Virus record (IMG/VR): IMGVR_UViG_3300013232_000154
Origin: an uncultured virus (IMG/VR IMGVR_UViG_3300013232_000154)
Lineage: Duplodnaviria > Heunggongvirae > Uroviricota > Caudoviricetes
Reading direction: 5' to 3' (one strand)
Length of the DNA stretch: 64,000 nucleotides
Shown: piece by piece, positions 26,623 to 34,602 of the stretch
How positions within the stretch are numbered: the first letter of the stretch is position 1
How the letters are laid out: every line of letters starts with the position of its first letter
The notes under the pieces: generated by a model
Databases searched by the model: none
The model's input: the letters and a program-made list of their open reading frames with translations, nothing else
Told to the model about the DNA's origin: nothing
Translations under genes and position numbers: made by a program

Positions 26623-26702
26623 AGCCGAATGCCGAGGGGATTACATCTTTCTCATACAAAGAGCCGCCCCGCAAGGGGCTAATCTCCTCACTCTTGTCGG
26701 CT
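26623..26702 (+). ncRNA. Y RNA-like RNA 4
   Basis: AGCCGAATGC...TTGTCGGCT; internal CTTT-CTCATAC-AAAG hairpin. Confidence 0.65.
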
Positions 26703-26712
26703 GAACTTTTCT

Positions 26713-27087
26713 GGCTCTGGAGTGGCAGAGGATCGGTCTCCCATCCAGCGGGAGAAAAGGAACCTTGTCTCTTAGATCTCACCGAGGGGCCTGTCATCCT
26801 TCCCGTCGGGCAAATGCCTGAAGAACGATCCGTGGGTTCCACACCGCTAAAAACGATGGAAAAGCGGTCTCGCCTTCGATGGTGAGCAGTTCAGACCAAG
26901 TACGTCCCGCGTTCCAGCCGTGGGTTGGAGGGATAGCCTTGGGAGAGGAGAGCATAGGTTTCGTGTAACCGGGCCACGCCTTCATGGGTAACCATGCGGG
27001 ACAGCGAATGCCGTGGCAGGGGAGCGCGTTTCCTAAAAGGCCTCTAGCTGGACTGTTACGCGGGTTCGAGTCCCGTCAGAGCCACCA
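26713..27087 (+). ncRNA. 375-nt tmRNA-shaped RNA with tRNA-like termini
   Basis: GGCTCTG/CAGAGCC-A-CCA, T arm GCGGG-TTCGAGT-CCCGT, long helix TCCAGC/GCTGGA. Confidence 0.65.
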
Positions 27088-27097
27088 ATTTTCAAAT

Positions 27098-27175
27098 GTC
27101 CCCATGGTGTAGTTGGTCTAACACATCGCGTTTTCATCGCGAAGATCGCGGGTTCGAATCCCGCTGGGGATACCA
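27098..27175 (+). tRNA. tRNA-Glu(TTC)
   Basis: cloverleaf, ACCA. Confidence 0.9.
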
Positions 27176-27306
27176 TGACCGAATGCAGAAGGGATTACAT
27201 CTCATGTGAAGAGAGAGATCTGGGTTCGAATCCCAGCAGCCCCACATCGACGGGGCTGTAGCTTAATGGCAGAGCGCTAAACTAGTCTCTTCAATTTTGT
27301 CGGTCA
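27176..27306 (+). ncRNA. Y RNA-like RNA 5 with permuted tRNA (GTG loop)
   Basis: TGACCGAATGC...TTGTCGGTCA enclosing anticodon, T, acceptor and D arms. Confidence 0.75.
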
Positions 27307-27311
27307 ATTAC

Positions 27312-27383
27312 AGGCTCGAGGACAAGGGTCCAACTAGGCCTCCAAAACCTAGGAAGGGGGAGCGTTACCCTCCGAGCCTGCCA
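27312..27383 (+). tRNA. tRNA-Trp(CCA)
   Basis: A1:U72, G73. Confidence 0.75.
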
Positions 27384-27386
27384 TAC

Positions 27387-27461
27387 GTTCCCGTGGTCTA
27401 GCGGCAGGACGAGACCCCTTCAAGGTCTAAGGGATGGGTTCAATTCCCTCTGGGAACACCA
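27387..27461 (+). tRNA. tRNA-Glu(TTC)
   Basis: cloverleaf, loop CC TTC AA. Confidence 0.8.
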
Positions 27462-27530
27462 AATTTTGGTATCTATGGCCTCAAAAGGAATGTAAATATT
27501 GATGGTTGAATCTTTTGTGAGGAGATCATC

Positions 27531-28223
27531 ATGGGTACACAGTTCGGCAAAGATGACGTACAAAACATATTAGACCAAGTAGTTAATCGCATAACATACA
27601 CGACTAAGAATGGTGGAACCTTACAGACCGAATTCAAAGCATGTGTCCCCGTGAGACTGGTAATTGTAAAAGGGGACAATCTCTCGCGCCCCTACTTTAG
27701 GGTCTTTGGTACGATGAACGTAAAATACTATCCAGATCTAGGACAAGTAAAGTTGGACAAAATGTACATTAAATTTTTCTATGATCCCTTTAGTTTCAAA
27801 CCATCTGAGCGTATGAGGCAATATATCTTTACGCTGATCGACCATGAGTTAGATCACGCGAATTACTTTACTTCCTTGTCCAAAGAAGAACTGGAAAGGC
27901 AACACGAGGAACAACGTCCTTTTATGGAGTCGTTTGATAAATCCATTGGAATGGCAGATTCACAGGCTTTAGAAAGAGCCTTGCTTAGTGAAATGGAGAA
28001 AAGGGCACACGTATATAGTTTAGACGCGCAAGCGAAAAGAGAGGGTAGGGGATTCGCAGAAGTATTGGAAGAGTTCCTTAAAATGTCTCTAGGTCAAGAG
28101 GCTGGACTGTCACCAATGATGAAAAGAGTTAAGGATGCATATTTGGCCTATCATGCTGAAAAGTTCCCCAGTTCAAAAGTTGCGAACTGGATCAGATCAG
28201 TCCTAAAGTTTTGCGCAAGTTAG
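27531..28223 (+). CDS. putative Zn-metallopeptidase-like protein
   Basis: HELDH..E motif; C-terminal VANWIRSVLKFC. Confidence 0.65.
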   Translation: MGTQFGKDDVQNILDQVVNRITYTTKNGGTLQTEFKACVPVRLVIVKGDNLSRPYFRVFGTMNVKYYPDLGQVKLDKMYIKFFYDPFSFKPSERMRQYIFTLIDHELDHANYFTSLSKEELERQHEEQRPFMESFDKSIGMADSQALERALLSEMEKRAHVYSLDAQAKREGRGFAEVLEEFLKMSLGQEAGLSPMMKRVKDAYLAYHAEKFPSSKVANWIRSVLKFCAS

Positions 28224-28255
28224 TAAATTTCGGATGGGTTCAATTCCCCATTTTT

Positions 28256-28341
28256 GGTAGCGTAGCCTAATGGTCGAGGCACTTGCCTGATACGCAAGGG
28301 GCGAAAGCCTTATGCAGGTTCGATTCCTGCCGCTACCACCA
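28256..28341 (+). tRNA. tRNA-Ile(GAT), long variable arm
   Basis: cloverleaf, ACCA. Confidence 0.8.
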
Positions 28342-28355
28342 TTAAAATTTCATAA

Positions 28356-28431
28356 TGGCCCATGGTAGAGTGGTTCTGCACGTCTGGCCGATAACCAGAA
28401 GAGCCAGGTTCGATTCCTGGTGGGCCAACCA
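28356..28431 (+). tRNA. tRNA-Ile(GAT)
   Basis: cloverleaf, ACCA. Confidence 0.8.
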
Positions 28432-28435
28432 ATTT

Positions 28436-28508
28436 CGCGGGTTAGTTCAACGCCAGAACGGCTCCCATGGGGGAGCAGACGGTGGTTTAACTCCATCACC
28501 CGCGACCA
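28436..28508 (+). tRNA. tRNA-Pro-like (TGG), shortened anticodon loop
   Basis: C1:G72, A73; GCTCC-CATGGG-GGAGC. Confidence 0.5.
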
Positions 28509-28514
28509 GTTTAT

Positions 28515-28588
28515 TGCCTCGTAGTGTAATGGCAGCTCGCATGGCTCTGAACCATGAGGCGGAGGTTCGATTCCTCCCGAGGCAACCA
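28515..28588 (+). tRNA. tRNA-Gln(CTG)
   Basis: U1:A72. Confidence 0.85.
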
Positions 28589-28600
28589 GTATGATGTACT

Positions 28601-29236
28601 ATGAAGATATACATCACCCGACATGGCCACCGCGAAGATGACCCACATAACCCATCTGGAAAGCACATCCCAGAGGGAAGGCCGCTCGACCCAAACATAT
28701 CTTCGATCGGCATGGCCCAGGCCACTGCCTTGGGCAAGAGACTTAAGGCCGAGGCCCAGATCAAGACAATCTATGCTTCTCCTTTTCTCAGGACGTCCCA
28801 CACGGCCCATCTGATCGCGAAGGAGCTTGGGCTGAAGGTCAAGCTGGAATGGGGGATCACGGAGTCGTTCTATCCGCAGTGGTTCAGCGCGTGGCCAGGG
28901 ACTACGGACAGACAGAAGCTTGCCGCGATGTTCGACACGATTGACTTGTCGTATGTCCCGCTTGGTATCTTGCCGACTTGTCCTGAAGAGAATCAATGGC
29001 GCACGAATGATCGACTCTTGGAGGTCATGAAGAGGCTGGTCATAGACGAGGACACGCTGATCGTCACGCACGCATTGCCCATGCTACTGCTTCAAGCTGG
29101 AATGGCTGGTTGGGGCGAAGGGGAATGGAACGTTTACTGCTGCTCTCTGAGTTGCATAGAAAAGGTAGGGGATAAGTGGGTGACCAGGTTGAAGTGTGAT
29201 GGAGAACATCTAAAAAGCATCGGCTTGTATCTGTGA
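28601..29236 (+). CDS. histidine phosphatase family protein
   Basis: RHG, IYASPFLRT..TA, LIVTH. Confidence 0.9.
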   Translation: MKIYITRHGHREDDPHNPSGKHIPEGRPLDPNISSIGMAQATALGKRLKAEAQIKTIYASPFLRTSHTAHLIAKELGLKVKLEWGITESFYPQWFSAWPGTTDRQKLAAMFDTIDLSYVPLGILPTCPEENQWRTNDRLLEVMKRLVIDEDTLIVTHALPMLLLQAGMAGWGEGEWNVYCCSLSCIEKVGDKWVTRLKCDGEHLKSIGLYL

Positions 29237-29272
29237 GGCGCGTATGATCTCTAATGGAAAGGAGACGTACAC

Positions 29273-29413
29273 ATGGCAAGGAAGATCAAAAGCGTTAAGA
29301 AGAAGGACAGTTGTCTGCTCGTTCCCATCGAGGAGGCTCATTTGCTGATGAACCTATGTGACAAAGGAATCATTAGCAAGGATGAACTTCGCAAGAAAAT
29401 CATCAGTTTTTAA
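29273..29413 (+). CDS. small hypothetical protein
   Basis: AAGGAG SD, 46 aa. Confidence 0.5.
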   Translation: MARKIKSVKKKDSCLLVPIEEAHLLMNLCDKGIISKDELRKKIISF

Positions 29414-29420
29414 TTGAAAT

Positions 29421-29547
29421 TGGCCGAATGCAGGTTAGGGACTACAGCCTGAAGAGCTGGAGGAGCCGTTCGACTCGGCAGCGCCCACTTGACGGGCGTT
29501 TAGTGTAACGGTTGCACGACAAACGTCTCTGCCATTTTTGTCGGCCA
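29421..29547 (+). ncRNA. Y RNA-like RNA 6 with permuted tRNA (GAA loop)
   Basis: TGGCCGAATGC...TTGTCGGCCA enclosing anticodon, T, acceptor and D arms. Confidence 0.75.
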
Positions 29548-29553
29548 TGTTTT

Positions 29554-29630
29554 CGGAGCGTAGTTCAGCTTGGGAGAACGCTTGGTTTGGGTCCAAGAGG
29601 TCGCAGGTTCAAATCCTGTCGCTCCGACCA
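29554..29630 (+). tRNA. tRNA-Pro(TGG)
   Basis: cloverleaf, ACCA. Confidence 0.9.
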
Positions 29631-29649
29631 TTTTGAGAGGAGGTGAGCC

Positions 29650-30111
29650 ATGATCTTCAAACGATTTCATGCCGATGTTCATCCCAATCCGTTCATTGTC
29701 TTCAAAGAAGATGGTGATACCCAGTCGTTTGTATGTACGCGCTGGATCTTTGAATTTCCGACGCTTAACGGGGCTATGGAAGTATGGAACCGTAAGTTCA
29801 TGAAAGAAATCAAAGAAACAGACCCTGAATTTATCCGTTCTTTGGCTGTTTTTGGGACGGCGATCATGGCTACGCTTACAGAGCCGATCCATGAATGCGC
29901 AAAGGCGCTGGGCTTTGTTTCTAGCAACAGAGAATTCAAAGATCTGGTTTCGGCCAAGGCCATCTTTTGCAATGGCATTCCTGTAAGACTTGGTCAAGCC
30001 GTGTTCGACTTCAATCCCATCGACATCACGCCTCTAAAGGCACTGATAATGCGCAAAGGAAAACAAGAAAGAGTCATTCTGATTGCTCCAAACCATTCGA
30101 CGGAAGTTTAG
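29650..30111 (+). CDS. protein with C-terminal S4-like RNA-binding domain
   Basis: LGFVSSNREFKDLVSAKAIFCNG..RKGK resembles the TyrRS S4 domain. Confidence 0.55.
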   Translation: MIFKRFHADVHPNPFIVFKEDGDTQSFVCTRWIFEFPTLNGAMEVWNRKFMKEIKETDPEFIRSLAVFGTAIMATLTEPIHECAKALGFVSSNREFKDLVSAKAIFCNGIPVRLGQAVFDFNPIDITPLKALIMRKGKQERVILIAPNHSTEV

Positions 30112-30116
30112 TTTTT

Positions 30117-30194
30117 CGGGCTGTAGCGTAGTTTGGTCATCGCGCCTGACTGGGGGTCAGGAGATCGTGGGTTCAAATCCCGCCAGCCCGACCA
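30117..30194 (+). tRNA. tRNA-Pro(GGG)
   Basis: cloverleaf, ACCA. Confidence 0.9.
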
Positions 30195-30209
30195 TTTTAG
30201 GAGTCTGCG

Positions 30210-30476
30210 ATGAAACGCTACGAAAACGGTGAGCTTGTAACCAAGGAACGCATGGAAGACGAGGAATGGTACTACAATGGATATCAGACACTCATGCATA
30301 TCTCCATGTACCCTGACATTGGTGAGGACTGCGATGAAATTGCCAGAGTGTTCTGGGAAGAAAACCCTGACAGTAATCTCACAAAAGAACAGGTTCTAAG
30401 ATGGGCCTGTGTCCACGCAGCGATATCGGCGCGATTGCCTGAAGAGTTAAAGAAAGCATTAAAAGAAGAGTCATGA
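30210..30476 (+). CDS. hypothetical protein
   Basis: AGGAG SD. Confidence 0.6.
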   Translation: MKRYENGELVTKERMEDEEWYYNGYQTLMHISMYPDIGEDCDEIARVFWEENPDSNLTKEQVLRWACVHAAISARLPEELKKALKEES

Positions 30477-30554
30477 TGGGGAGCGGTCCAGCTTGGAGTG
30501 GACGCCTGCTTCGGGAGCAGGAGAGCGCGGGTTCAAGTCCCGCCTCCCCAACCA
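30477..30554 (+). tRNA. tRNA-Pro(CGG)
   Basis: cloverleaf, ACCA. Confidence 0.85.
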
Positions 30555-30568
30555 TTTCCACAACACAT

Positions 30569-30644
30569 CGGAGACGAGGGAGCTAGTGACCCCGCTCGTT
30601 TTGGAAGCGAGTATAGCGCAGTGCGATCCTGCGGTCTCCGACCA
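30569..30644 (+). tRNA. tRNA-Pro(TGG)
   Basis: CGGAGAC/GTCTCCG-ACCA. Confidence 0.75.
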
Positions 30645-30663
30645 TTTCAAGAAAGGAGAAGCC

Positions 30664-30810
30664 ATGGCGACGAAGTACAAGAACTACCTTGAGTTCCTAG
30701 AGACCGCCGTGGCCTCCGAGCACCTCAAGAAGAACGACCCGAAGAAGTGGGAAGAGATGAAGGCAAAGCTCAAGAAGGAGCGTTTCCTTGTAAAGCTAAA
30801 GGTCAAATAG
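30664..30810 (+). CDS. small hypothetical protein
   Basis: AAGGAG SD. Confidence 0.6.
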   Translation: MATKYKNYLEFLETAVASEHLKKNDPKKWEEMKAKLKKERFLVKLKVK

Positions 30811-30885
30811 GGGCGCGGAGGGTGGGTACCTCGGCTGATCTCCAAAGTCAGCGCTTAGCGGGTTCGATTCCTGCCGCCCCTGCCA
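30809..30885 (+). tRNA. tRNA-Trp(CCA)
   Basis: AGGGGCG/CGCCCCT-GCCA. Confidence 0.85.
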
Positions 30886-30901
30886 TTAAAAGGATGATCC
30901 A

Positions 30902-31294
30902 ATGATTAAGCAAGTGATCGTGATCCGCAAGGATCTCGGGATGCGCCGCGGCAAAGAAATCGCCCAAGGCGCTCATGCTTCCATGATGTTCCTTTCAAAG
31001 CTTGTACAAGAGCATCTTAGGAAGTCGATTATTGTTTCCTCAGAGATCTGCTTGAGTGATGCTCAGGCAGAATGGATAAATGGGCGCTTCACCAAGATCT
31101 GTCTTCAGGTTCCTGACGAGGCATCCTTGTTGTCCATTGCCGAAGAAGCACGAAAGGCTGGTCTGGATTGCCATGTAGTGACCGATGCTGGTGTCACCGA
31201 GTTCAATGGTGTTCCGACCAATACTTGTCTGGCAATCGGTCCAGATGAGGCGGAGAAGATTGATGCAGTAACTGGAAAGTTGTCGTTGTACTAA
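30902..31294 (+). CDS. pth2: peptidyl-tRNA hydrolase Pth2
   Basis: KQVIVIRKDLGMRRGKEIAQGAHA, DAGVTEF, TCLAIGP. Confidence 0.9.
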   Translation: MIKQVIVIRKDLGMRRGKEIAQGAHASMMFLSKLVQEHLRKSIIVSSEICLSDAQAEWINGRFTKICLQVPDEASLLSIAEEARKAGLDCHVVTDAGVTEFNGVPTNTCLAIGPDEAEKIDAVTGKLSLY

Positions 31295-31296
31295 AT

Positions 31297-31370
31297 GCCA
31301 GCGTGTGGCGTGGGCCACGTCATCACTCGTAATGATGAACTAGCGGGTTCGACTCCCGCCGCTGGCTCCA
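31297..31370 (+). tRNA. tRNA-Thr(CGT)
   Basis: cloverleaf, TCCA. Confidence 0.85.
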
Positions 31371-31380
31371 TATAATCAGC

Positions 31381-31779
31381 ATGGGGACTATCATGCCGTA
31401 CATGTCCAGCGGTTTCTTGCGATACCACCCTCCATACAAGGTCATCGTGGAGGCCGATCAGGAACTGTCGAGATATTATCGGTCGTTGATACCTAAATCT
31501 GTTGACATCAAGGTCCCGATGTATGCGCCACACATCACCGTAGTCAGGAAAGAAGTCCCGCCTAAGATGGAAGTCTTCGGCAAGCATGAGGGAGAGTTGG
31601 TATTCTTCGAGTACGACACGGAGATACATCATGATGAGACCTATTACTGGCTCAATGCCTACTCCAAGCGGCTTGAGGAGATTAGAGAAGAACTTGGCTT
31701 GCCAGTAATGAGCGCATACACAAGACCTCCAGACGGTAGAAGATGTTTCCACATCACCATCGGGAACTTGAAGAGTTAG
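31381..31779 (+). CDS. 2H phosphoesterase family protein
   Basis: two HxT motifs (PHITV, FHITI). Confidence 0.75.
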   Translation: MGTIMPYMSSGFLRYHPPYKVIVEADQELSRYYRSLIPKSVDIKVPMYAPHITVVRKEVPPKMEVFGKHEGELVFFEYDTEIHHDETYYWLNAYSKRLEEIREELGLPVMSAYTRPPDGRRCFHITIGNLKS

Positions 31780-31781
31780 AG

Positions 31782-31855
31782 TGCCTCGTAGCTCAATGGC
31801 AGAGCGGTGGGCTTTGAACCCAACGACGGAGTTTCGATTACTCCCGAGGCAACCA
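31782..31855 (+). tRNA. tRNA-Gln(TTG)
   Basis: U1:A72, ACCA. Confidence 0.85.
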
Positions 31856-31875
31856 TTACTCCAGGTGGTGTAACC

Positions 31876-32856
31876 ATCCACGTCGCCTATTCCGGTGGGT
31901 CATACGCGGAGACCATGAGCAAAGGAGTCTCGACGTAGGCGTCCTTGCAATTCCCCTCGCCAAATACTCTCAGCATCATGGATCGTATTCCAGTCCCCAG
32001 CTTAACCAATAGTTTGCGATAGGTCGAGTTCTTAGCGAATTCCTCGTCAAGGAACGCTCTCTTATATCTGAACTCTCTGACCGTACGCTGGTTCAGCCCC
32101 TTTGCCTCAAGATCATCCAGAGAAAGATCAAACATCCGAATCAGCATATCCAAGCGATGCGTGTATGCCAGGTACTTGAGCGGATCTTCGGAATTGAACA
32201 TCACTACGTACCCGACGAACTGAGCCTCGCATTCTCGTGCATAGCCAACAAGATGAGCCTTCTCATGCGCTATGTCTTCTGGGAACAGTTTCGAAGTTAC
32301 CACGATCTCCTGGAAGAACGGACACATAACCCCACCGATCCTACGACGCAGAAGGTATTTAGAGAACAGCGAGATCTTGGTTCTTTTGGCATGGGGAACC
32401 TGATACCCATCAACCCTTTTGGAAAACTCGTCAAGCGCGGAGTTGATGCGCTCGTTTTGTTCTTCGAACGACAATTCTCTTGAAGGTGACAGCTCGTTCA
32501 AACGCTTGACCACGTAATCTACTTCGGCGGAATGATTTAGCGTCTTTGGAATGACCAGAGCCATCTTGGTTTTTAGAGGCGCACGGAGGAAGTTCAGCCC
32601 GTATGTCAGCATCACGAGGCCGAGAACTAGGGCAGTTACATACAAGTCAGAGGTCCCATAGGATGGGTTCCATATGGCCGCAAGAACAATCAACTCATAG
32701 ATGAACAACGAACCTCCCAAGAGCGGGTCTGAAAATGCAAACCTAGTCGAGTCTGAGACTCCAGCGGTCAGTCGGGCCAATAGGCAATATATCCATCGGT
32801 GATACCAATCCCCAATCTTCATGCCGAAATCATACTGATCCACGTCGCCTATTCCG
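31876..32856. repeat. 19-bp direct repeats flanking a gene
   Basis: ATCCACGTCGCCTATTCCG at 31876-31894 and 32838-32856. Confidence 0.85.
31887..32822 (-). CDS. DUF3810-like membrane Zn-metalloprotein
   Basis: TM helices; PFFQE, HEKAHLVGYARECEAQF. Confidence 0.7.
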   Translation of the reverse strand: MKIGDWYHRWIYCLLARLTAGVSDSTRFAFSDPLLGGSLFIYELIVLAAIWNPSYGTSDLYVTALVLGLVMLTYGLNFLRAPLKTKMALVIPKTLNHSAEVDYVVKRLNELSPSRELSFEEQNERINSALDEFSKRVDGYQVPHAKRTKISLFSKYLLRRRIGGVMCPFFQEIVVTSKLFPEDIAHEKAHLVGYARECEAQFVGYVVMFNSEDPLKYLAYTHRLDMLIRMFDLSLDDLEAKGLNQRTVREFRYKRAFLDEEFAKNSTYRKLLVKLGTGIRSMMLRVFGEGNCKDAYVETPLLMVSAYDPPE

Positions 32857-32892
32857 CGAGGATTACTTCTCATCTCAGGCTAACTCATAGTT

Positions 32893-33228
32893 ATGGGAAA
32901 AGTGACCGCGTTCGTAACATCCATTTGCAAGTTTGCAGAGTCCAAGCCAGTGGTGGACTATCCGCCAATGGAGTTCATGCATCTCAGGAAGGCTATCCAA
33001 TATCTTAACTCAAATGTCAACCTTCCACATGACATTGCCCAATGGGACAAGGCCAAGATACAGAAATACCTTGACCTGACCCGTCAGAAGAAGGCCCATA
33101 TCGAAGACTGGATTTTATCAAAAAGACATGTCCTGAGGGAGCCACACTACAAGGATCTACAAGAGGCGTTCTTTCGCCTCCAGCAACGCTGGGATCGCAA
33201 GGTCAAGGTCATCGAAAGCTATTTGTAG
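32893..33228 (+). CDS. hypothetical protein with N-terminal CKFA motif
   Basis: VTAFVTSICKFA. Confidence 0.6.
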   Translation: MGKVTAFVTSICKFAESKPVVDYPPMEFMHLRKAIQYLNSNVNLPHDIAQWDKAKIQKYLDLTRQKKAHIEDWILSKRHVLREPHYKDLQEAFFRLQQRWDRKVKVIESYL

Positions 33229-33268
33229 TGGATCAAAAAAGGGCTATTAGAAGCATCCAGAGTGATTA

Positions 33269-33751
33269 ATGAACCAAAACTGGGCTATTAGTCAGTATGA
33301 TCCATCTAGGAGATTATCAATGGATACATACCTTCTAGGCTCCGCCCTCAAGATCATGATTTACGCAAGCATCGAGGTCCGCGAACGTCATCCCGATTGG
33401 TTTGACAAAGAAAAAGTAGACGAGAACTTTCTTAGGGATTATTGCAGCGTGCATATGAGAACATCCAGAAGGACTGGACACTCGCATGCCATCTACGAAG
33501 CCGCGAGGATATTCAAAAATCCCATCTTCTTGTTCCCTAGCGAACGACAAGCCATGGATAATATCCAAATATACCCAAAAGACAGATTCAGATCTGCTGG
33601 ATCCCATCTACGCGGAATTGATTGTGATTCTATTTTTGTTGATTGCGGATTTGCGCTATCAGACAAACAACGCAACAATGTTGAGGATCTTGCCTTGGGT
33701 AATCTTCCATTACACAGGAATACGTTCTGCCTCGCATACGTTGGCTACTAG
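33269..33751 (+). CDS. hypothetical protein (degenerate P-loop-like)
   Basis: RRTGHS..LRG..IFVD. Confidence 0.55.
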   Translation: MNQNWAISQYDPSRRLSMDTYLLGSALKIMIYASIEVRERHPDWFDKEKVDENFLRDYCSVHMRTSRRTGHSHAIYEAARIFKNPIFLFPSERQAMDNIQIYPKDRFRSAGSHLRGIDCDSIFVDCGFALSDKQRNNVEDLALGNLPLHRNTFCLAYVGY

Positions 33752-34095
33752 TCTATGTCGAAAAACTCGTAGCGAATCCAACTGGCGACCACCACACGTC
33801 CCTTAAAGCCAGCGGTATGCTTCACCACCTCGTGGAACGCGGTAATGGCCGCATCCAACGTCTTCTTGACTTGATACAATCTGTGCGTATTTGTTACGTA
33901 CCAAGTCTCTCCGCCGACCTCAGCCTTCCACACGGCGGCACTTTCCTCTCCATTTGGGCCATGATGCCACACGGCTTTGGCTTTCATGACCTTGGCGCGT
34001 TCCTCGTCGGTCAGCTTGACTTTGTTCTTCTTAAGGGTCTTGAGTTCTGGCTCGGCCAGCTTCTCAAAGCCCTGAGTCTTAACGAGGGTTCTCAT
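33748..34095 (-). CDS. hypothetical protein
   Basis: AGG-N18-AGAAT-N8-ATG upstream. Confidence 0.65.
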   Translation of the reverse strand: MRTLVKTQGFEKLAEPELKTLKKNKVKLTDEERAKVMKAKAVWHHGPNGEESAAVWKAEVGGETWYVTNTHRLYQVKKTLDAAITAFHEVVKHTAGFKGRVVVASWIRYEFFDID

Positions 34096-34112
34096 GCCAA
34101 GGTATTCTTGGA

Positions 34113-34373
34113 CTATTTGTCGAGTCCCTTGTTACGGATGTGATAGGATGTCCCAACGACACCCTTTAGGCAAGGCGAATGAGCGTCTGTCACGCGAACC
34201 TCGAACGAGAACTTGTTGTGTCGCAAGGCGAATGCCTTGATGGCTTGTTTGGCATTGGCCTTGTTCGTATAGGTCTTTTTCCCAGCCATCAAGACCTCGC
34301 CCTCTGGGGTTACAACTTGTATCTTGAATGCATTGCCCGCCTTGACAACCTCAAGGATGTCTAGCTTTCTCAT
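34113..34373 (-). CDS. YegP/DUF1508-like protein
   Basis: [23 protein letters not shown]. Confidence 0.55.
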   Translation of the reverse strand: MRKLDILEVVKAGNAFKIQVVTPEGEVLMAGKKTYTNKANAKQAIKAFALRHNKFSFEVRVTDAHSPCLKGVVGTSYHIRNKGLDK

Positions 34374-34506
34374 GTGGCCTCCATTTATCATGCCTTCGCG
34401 TATGGTAACCCATGGTTTGTGTTTGTCAAGAAAGGAACTTGGCTATGGACGTCGAAAATAACAGCAGAAGGCACGGTCCCCTAGCCTCCTTTCAACCGTG
34501 CCAAAG

Positions 34507-34534
34507 TAAGGGGAGCTAACTACTCCCCTTTTTT
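34507..34534 (+). terminator. intrinsic terminator
   Basis: AAGGGGAG-CTAACTA-CTCCCCTT-TTTT. Confidence 0.7.
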
Positions 34535-34602
34535 GATGGCGTGCCAAGCCCGTTGCCATAAGCTCCGTGGCATGGTATACTTGGAGTGAAAGGAGTTCGA
34601 CC

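Noticed and set aside
26713..27087. Canonical ssrA (tmRNA) call
   Set aside because: No G3:U70 pair and no recognisable tag peptide; kept as tmRNA-shaped only
10000..32000. CRISPR array
   Set aside because: The repeated motifs are tRNA and Y-RNA elements, not regularly spaced repeats, and no cas genes are present
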